Of a DNA stretch of 64,000 nt, positions 58,712 to 64,000 are shown piece by piece. The DNA lies in NCBI GenBank assembly GCA_965247115.1, contig CBDFGR010000003.1, forward strand, positions 800,001 through 864,000, written 5' to 3'. The notes below the pieces were generated by a model. It was given only the letters and a program-made list of their open reading frames with translations. It did not search any database and was not told the origin of the DNA. The translations under genes and the position numbers were made by a program. The stretch is from Myxococcota bacterium (GTDB taxonomy: Bacteria > Myxococcota_A > UBA9160 > SZUA-336). How positions within the stretch are numbered: position 1 is the stretch's first letter; the number at the start of each line of letters is the position of its first letter.

Positions 58712-60310
58712 TCAGCTATCGGCTGCGGCCTGAGCCGGGAGCGGCTCGGCTGAAGGCTGTCCATCCGCCGCGGAGTCGCGCTCGGCGCGCCTGAAGAGCC
58801 TACCGAACAGCAGCATGCCGAGCGGGGTCAGAACCGCCATCACGCCGATCCAGACCCACACCATGTAGTGGTCCGGGTAGCTCGAGTGGCCTTCGGGCAT
58901 ATAGGTCGCGAGCAGGAGGCCCGACATTGGGCCCACAAAGATCTGGGCGACGAAGAACGGCATGTACGAGAGCGCGATGTACGAGCCCTCTCTGCCTGGC
59001 GGCGCGAGCTCGGCCGTGAACTGCAGCACCCGTGCGCCCCAGAACGCCTCCCCCACACTGTAGACCGAGATGAAGATCACCAGGACGAGGTAGAACGGGT
59101 CCCACTGCCCCTCGGGCACATCGAGCCAGCGACTGTAGACCAGCTCACCGAACCCGGTGTTGACCAGCGGTGCGAAGAGCTCCGGTGGCAAGGTGGCTAT
59201 CCCTAGCGAGAGCACCGAGATGCCGCTGCCCCAAATCAGCATCCTGTAGCTGCTCACCCTCGCGGTCATGACTGCGAAGAGCGGGGTCAGAAAGACGATC
59301 ATCAGCGGGTTGAGCACCGCGTACAGGTTCCCGACCTTCGCTCCCTCGCCAAACAGACGGATGCCGTAAGTCGGGAATGTGAAGATGAAGTGGTAGTGAA
59401 TCAGGCGCACGAAGACGAGGATCCCGAGCAGCGAGAGGAAGATCCAGAAGCGCCTTTCCCGGACGACGCTGCGCAGAATGGCGATCGTATCTCGCAGGGC
59501 AGAGGTCATCTGCGTCCCGATCGCAGCAACGGAGCTCCGCGCCCGCGAAGGCCCCTCTGCGTCGAACCGGATGCCGCCTTCGGTCATCTCGACGTTGGCC
59601 CGCATGAGCGAGACGGCGATCAGGTTGGGCACCGTGAAGGCGAAGCCAACTGCGAAGATCAACTGATAGACGGACACCTCGCCTACCAGCGGAAGGGTCG
59701 TCGCCACGGAGAAGTCGCCGTACGTGCCGCGAACGAAGTCGAAGATCCAGCCACCAATAGCCCACCCGAGATTGATCATGGTGTACAAGAGGCCGAATGC
59801 CAGCGTGGCGCCAGCGGCTGTCGTGTAGCGCTTGACGCCGACCAGGAGTACAGGTCCCGTGATGGCGATCCCGAAGGCCAGCGGAATGAACCCCAGTACC
59901 GTCACGAGCGCGAGGTCGTTCAGGAGGGGAAGAAAGAAGCGAGCGAACAGCAGCGCGAAACAGCCGATCAGAAGCGTCCTCTTGATCCCGATCGCGTCGC
60001 AGACCGCGCCCACCAGCAACGTGACACCGGCCACCGCGACCGACCACGTGCCGATATAGGAGCCCGCTGCTACGTCGCTTAGCCCCACGTCATGGTGCAG
60101 GTAGAGGACGAACGCCAGCAGGGCCGCGGCATAGGCGGAGAACTCCACGATCTTGGTGAACAGGATCAGGTAGAGCTCGCGAGGACATGCCCAGAGCCCC
60201 TTCGCGTAGCCCAAGATGATGAAGAGGAAGGCCGCGCCCAGGAACAACATGGACGCGACAATGAACAGGTCGAGGCCGTTCGCATCGCCCATCCAGAGCT
60301 GCTGCCACAT
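58712..60310 (-). CDS. MFS transporter (POT/peptide-like)
   Basis: Multiple TM segments; GAVCDAIGIKR, APPGREGSY. Confidence 0.88.
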   Translation of the reverse strand: MWQQLWMGDANGLDLFIVASMLFLGAAFLFIILGYAKGLWACPRELYLILFTKIVEFSAYAAALLAFVLYLHHDVGLSDVAAGSYIGTWSVAVAGVTLLVGAVCDAIGIKRTLLIGCFALLFARFFLPLLNDLALVTVLGFIPLAFGIAITGPVLLVGVKRYTTAAGATLAFGLLYTMINLGWAIGGWIFDFVRGTYGDFSVATTLPLVGEVSVYQLIFAVGFAFTVPNLIAVSLMRANVEMTEGGIRFDAEGPSRARSSVAAIGTQMTSALRDTIAILRSVVRERRFWIFLSLLGILVFVRLIHYHFIFTFPTYGIRLFGEGAKVGNLYAVLNPLMIVFLTPLFAVMTARVSSYRMLIWGSGISVLSLGIATLPPELFAPLVNTGFGELVYSRWLDVPEGQWDPFYLVLVIFISVYSVGEAFWGARVLQFTAELAPPGREGSYIALSYMPFFVAQIFVGPMSGLLLATYMPEGHSSYPDHYMVWVWIGVMAVLTPLGMLLFGRLFRRAERDSAADGQPSAEPLPAQAAADS

Positions 60311-60549
60311 CTTCGCGTCTCCCGACCACCCGTGGCCGCGCGCCCGAAGACCCTCGAAGGCGCCAGGCCATCATACAGCGGTCGGGGCTCCCCCCAGATC
60401 CTGCCTGGAGCTTGACTCTACATCTCGGTATCGGCGTCACGCTGACTGAGATCCGAGAGCTCACCGCCGTGCCGATTCGACAGGAATCGCCCGCCGAGGG
60501 TACGCTCGCCGAACCAGGCACCTCTCGCGTTCAACTTGCAGGAGATCTC

Positions 60550-61710
60550 GTGATAGCGAACGACCCCCTCGCCGCCGCCGTAGGCCTGCGCGACCTCATC
60601 ATCAAGAACCGCGGCGAGACGGAAGCCGGGCGTCAGCTGGCGGAGCCGATCGTCGAGGCCTTGATCGAGACCAGACTCTGCCGGATGGCGCTGACACAGG
60701 AAGATGGCGGGCTGGAGACCGCTCCGCTCGATGCACTTGCCGTCTACGAGACCTTAGCTGCGGCCGAGGCATCAGTGGCGTGGGTTGCGTGGAACAACTC
60801 CCTCGTCTGCTGGTTCGCCCGCTTCTTGTCGCCAGACGTCCGCAAGGATATCTACGGCGACCCGCGCTGCCTGCATGCAAACTCGACGCGACCATCCGGC
60901 AGGGCGGTTGCAGACGGTACGAGCTACCGGATCACGGGTCGCTGGAGCGTCGTTTCGGGCTGCATGCACGCGCAGTGGATTCCGGTCATGTGCCTGGTCG
61001 AGGAAGGCGGCGAGGTGCAGATGTTGACGCGCGGCGTCCCGAACATGCGTATGTTCTTCGTTCCCCGCGCGAACCACCGGATCCTCGATACCTGGCATGT
61101 GGGCGGTCTGCGTGGCACGGGGAGCCACGACACCGTCCTCGAGGATGAGGTCGTGCCCCTCGAGCGATCGGTCTCATTCGCCGACGCCAGTCTGATCGAT
61201 TCCCCCCTGGGCCGCGTCCCGGTAGGCGTGACGATGGCCGCGGGGTGCGCGTCGATATGCCTCGGAATCGCGCAGGCGACCACGGATGCCCTGGTCGAGC
61301 TCGGGCGAACCAAGGTCTCGCCCGATCCCGGCCCGGATCTACGAGACCGGGGGGCGAACCAGTCCACGGTTGCGAGAACAGCTACGACCCTCGATGCCAT
61401 GCGCACGAATCTACGCGCAGCGTACGGCGACTTGTGGCGTAAGGTGGAAGCGGGCGAATCGCCCACGCCCGAGGATATCGCCCGCGTCTGGGCTGCGGCC
61501 ATCACGACCGCGCTCGAGTGCCGCTCCGCTGTCACGGCGTTGTACGCGGCCGCCGGAACGTCGTCGCTCTACGTCGACAATCCGATCGAGCGTGCGCACC
61601 GCGATATCCACGCCGTCATGCAGCATGTAATTCTGCAACCGTTCTGGCTCGAGGAGGCAGGGCGCGTGAAGCTGGGGCTGGAGCCGACGAACCCGCTCTT
61701 TCTCATCTAG
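60550..61710 (+). CDS. Acyl-CoA dehydrogenase-fold flavin monooxygenase (HsaA-like)
   Basis: GRWSVVSG, DTWHVGGLRGTGSHD, IERAHRDIHA. Confidence 0.9.
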   Translation: MIANDPLAAAVGLRDLIIKNRGETEAGRQLAEPIVEALIETRLCRMALTQEDGGLETAPLDALAVYETLAAAEASVAWVAWNNSLVCWFARFLSPDVRKDIYGDPRCLHANSTRPSGRAVADGTSYRITGRWSVVSGCMHAQWIPVMCLVEEGGEVQMLTRGVPNMRMFFVPRANHRILDTWHVGGLRGTGSHDTVLEDEVVPLERSVSFADASLIDSPLGRVPVGVTMAAGCASICLGIAQATTDALVELGRTKVSPDPGPDLRDRGANQSTVARTATTLDAMRTNLRAAYGDLWRKVEAGESPTPEDIARVWAAAITTALECRSAVTALYAAAGTSSLYVDNPIERAHRDIHAVMQHVILQPFWLEEAGRVKLGLEPTNPLFLI

Positions 61711-61763
61711 CTCGCGAGTGCGACTCCGCCGCGGGCTCGCATGGGCCTTTGCCGCCAATGGTC

Positions 61764-63623
61764 TCAGGCAGCTTGCCTGAGCTGCCAGCCGCGTTCCGAC
61801 AGCTCGCGCAAGGCTTCGTCGTGTTCGGGAACGTAGACGGCGACGGAGGCGACGTCGCCGACTCGTGGCACTGTGTCGCCGGACATCGGCGTCACCTGAT
61901 CGGCGCGTCGGAGCGCCAGCATCACAAAGCGCTCGCTCAGAGCCTGCGCCTCGGCGCTCTGCTCATCGCCAGCGGCGTCCTCGGTCCCGCCGAGCTCGAG
62001 GTGCTCGATCACGACGTCGCCGTGGCGAAGGCGCACGTCCCAACGCTCCAGATCGTGCGGGCTCTCGAAGAGCATCGCCGCCTCCTGGCTGCGCGCGATC
62101 TCGGGCGTGATGCCCGAGGCGGAGCTAGTCAGTGCGATGCGCGCGTCGGGTACGGAGTAGAGATCGCGCGCACGGGAGACGAAGAGACCATTCAGGGTCT
62201 CGTTGGTCGTGAGGCCGACGGCCGTCCCGACGTCACCGAAACGCGCTCGGGCGAGAGTGCGCTCTTCCAGCGCGTTTCCGAAGACGACTGGGAAACCCGC
62301 CTCCTCGGCGCGACGGCAGTTGTGTGGGTTGGAGTCCACGAACACGACGGGGACCCCACCGTCGCGCAGCTCGACCGCAAGGGCGAGCCCGAGACCCTGC
62401 GCTCCCAAGATCGCGACCGTATCGCGGCCCGGCAGGCAGACGTCCAGCGCGCGGGCCACGGGGCCCGCGCTAAGTCCAGCGAGAAGGACCGTCCCCAATA
62501 TGGTCAGAAACACGAGCGCGCGCAGCTCCACGCCACCGGACAGTCCGCCCGCCTCGAGGCCGGCCGCGGTCAGCGAGGCGAGTGCCGCGGCGACAATCCC
62601 GCGCGGAGCCAGCCACGCCACGAAAAGCCGCTCGCGCGGGCTCAGCTGGGATCCCCAGGTAGAGACCCATACATTGAGCGGGCGAACGACGAGGATCAGC
62701 GCGCCCACGACGGCCAACCCGGCCCAGCCGAGAGCAGCCACGTCGGCGAAGCGAACATCTGCTGCGAGCAAGATGAAGAGCAGCCCGATCAGGAGCAACG
62801 AGACCTGATCCTTGAACTCGCGCAGGTCTCGATCGACACGTGTTCGAACATTTCCCACGACGACCCCCGCTACCGCAACAGCGAGGATTCCGCTCTGGCC
62901 CACGATCTCGTTGCAGCCCTGAAAGAGCCCCAGAACCGCAGCGAGGGTGAAGATGTTCTCGGACCCTTCGGGGACGATGCGCGGCGCACGAAGCAGCCAG
63001 GCCAGTAGCAGACCCCCAACGAGACCCATGGCAATGCCGGCGCCGAGCCGCAGCAGCAGCCCGAGACCACCACTGGCCAGCGTACCCTGCCCCGGCGCCA
63101 GAATGATCTCGAGCATCAGCACCGCGAGAATCGCGCCGATCGGATCGATGAGCACGCCTTCGGCCTCGAGCACCGTGGCCACTCGGGGACGCAGCCGAAG
63201 CTCCGATACCAGGGGCCCGATGACGGTCGGGCCGGTCACGACAACGAGGCTCCCGAAGAGCAAGCACTGAAGCCAGGGCCAACCCAGCAGTGCGCGAGCA
63301 CACGCCGCCCCGCCGACCATGGTGATGACTGCGCCGACGGTGACGAGGCGCCGGATCGGCAGTTGCCCGCGGCGCAGTCGCGAGATCTCGAGGTTGAGTC
63401 CCCCCTCGAAGACGATGATGGCAACGGCCAGCTCGACGATTGCGAAGAGCCCCCTGCCCAGGTCGCGTGGGCGCACCCAGCCGAGTCCGTCCGGTCCGAG
63501 TGCCGCACCGATCGCGAGGAGCACGACGATCGCAGAGATGCGTGTGTGACGCGCCACCAGCTGCGCCAGAACTCCAGCGGCCAGGGCGAGGACGAGCGTG
63601 GTCGTCGGGTGCGCGGCGTCCAT
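61764..63623 (-). CDS. CPA1 cation:proton antiporter with C-terminal TrkA-N domain
   Basis: VTGPTV, EGVLIDP, APRGIVAA, VVFGNALE. Confidence 0.92.
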   Translation of the reverse strand: MDAAHPTTTLVLALAAGVLAQLVARHTRISAIVVLLAIGAALGPDGLGWVRPRDLGRGLFAIVELAVAIIVFEGGLNLEISRLRRGQLPIRRLVTVGAVITMVGGAACARALLGWPWLQCLLFGSLVVVTGPTVIGPLVSELRLRPRVATVLEAEGVLIDPIGAILAVLMLEIILAPGQGTLASGGLGLLLRLGAGIAMGLVGGLLLAWLLRAPRIVPEGSENIFTLAAVLGLFQGCNEIVGQSGILAVAVAGVVVGNVRTRVDRDLREFKDQVSLLLIGLLFILLAADVRFADVAALGWAGLAVVGALILVVRPLNVWVSTWGSQLSPRERLFVAWLAPRGIVAAALASLTAAGLEAGGLSGGVELRALVFLTILGTVLLAGLSAGPVARALDVCLPGRDTVAILGAQGLGLALAVELRDGGVPVVFVDSNPHNCRRAEEAGFPVVFGNALEERTLARARFGDVGTAVGLTTNETLNGLFVSRARDLYSVPDARIALTSSASGITPEIARSQEAAMLFESPHDLERWDVRLRHGDVVIEHLELGGTEDAAGDEQSAEAQALSERFVMLALRRADQVTPMSGDTVPRVGDVASVAVYVPEHDEALRELSERGWQLRQAA

Positions 63624-63769
63624 CGCGAGAACATAGCCCTCGGAGCTTGCGGAGCCCTGCTTTCAGGAGCCATCGCGGTCAGAGCGGTGGTAGAGTCCCC
63701 GACGCATGTCGGACGACGCGCGTCGCCGCTGCCTACGATGGGGCCTCGGGCTTGACAGGGAGCGGATCG

Positions 63770-64000
63770 GTGGAGACTGAGCAGCCTCGGAATACGGCGC
63801 TCGAGATTGCGCGCCAGCTGACACCTCGAATCCGGGAAGCGCAAGATCGGATCGATGAAGAGCGAGAGCTCCCCGAAGCCCTGGCCGACGAGCTCAAGCA
63901 GGCTGGCTTGTTCCGGCTCCTCGTGCCTCGATCACTCGGCGGTAGTGAGCTGGCCTATCCGAGCTATCTCGATGTCATCGAGGAGATCTCCGCGGCAGAC
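63770..64000 (+). CDS. Acyl-CoA dehydrogenase family protein, N-terminal part (truncated by the window edge)
   Basis: Manual translation IDEERELPEALADELKQAGLFRLLVPRSLGGSE. Confidence 0.8.
   Translation, partial: METEQPRNTALEIARQLTPRIREAQDRIDEERELPEALADELKQAGLFRLLVPRSLGGSELAYPSYLDVIEEISAAD

Noticed and set aside
10059..63008. Many long shadow ORFs (e.g. 10059..11465, 19124..20647, 24191..25486, 55790..57364, 61518..63008)
   Set aside because: Antisense to well-supported genes, expected at this GC content, with no motifs or coupling signals

Overview
High-GC bacterial chromosome segment with a largely catabolic and transport gene content. Positions 1 to about 9456 are the right end of a temperate prophage: a divergent cro/cI-like switch, early accessory genes, a Sak4-like ATPase/SSB/Cas4-like exonuclease recombination module and a tyrosine integrase. 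The prophage ends at a 3' fragment of tRNA-Sec (att, about 9430-9456). The most unusual signal is in the phage early operons. Three accessory genes sit in inverted orientation, and each is covered (one only in part) by a stop-free ORF on the operon strand, joined to its neighbours by ATGA/GTGA overlaps or SD-led starts. One of these cassettes is flanked by a ~410-bp direct repeat of a gene carrying ~34 tandem 12-bp repeats. The rest of the window holds host genes (MFS and ABC transporters, hydrolases, oxidoreductases, MoeB/rhodanese, an EAL protein), one complete IS5-family element with a TTAG target duplication, tRNA-Leu(CAA), tRNA-Ala(GGC) and several decayed gene remnants. All calls come from manual motif recognition; no database searches were run.
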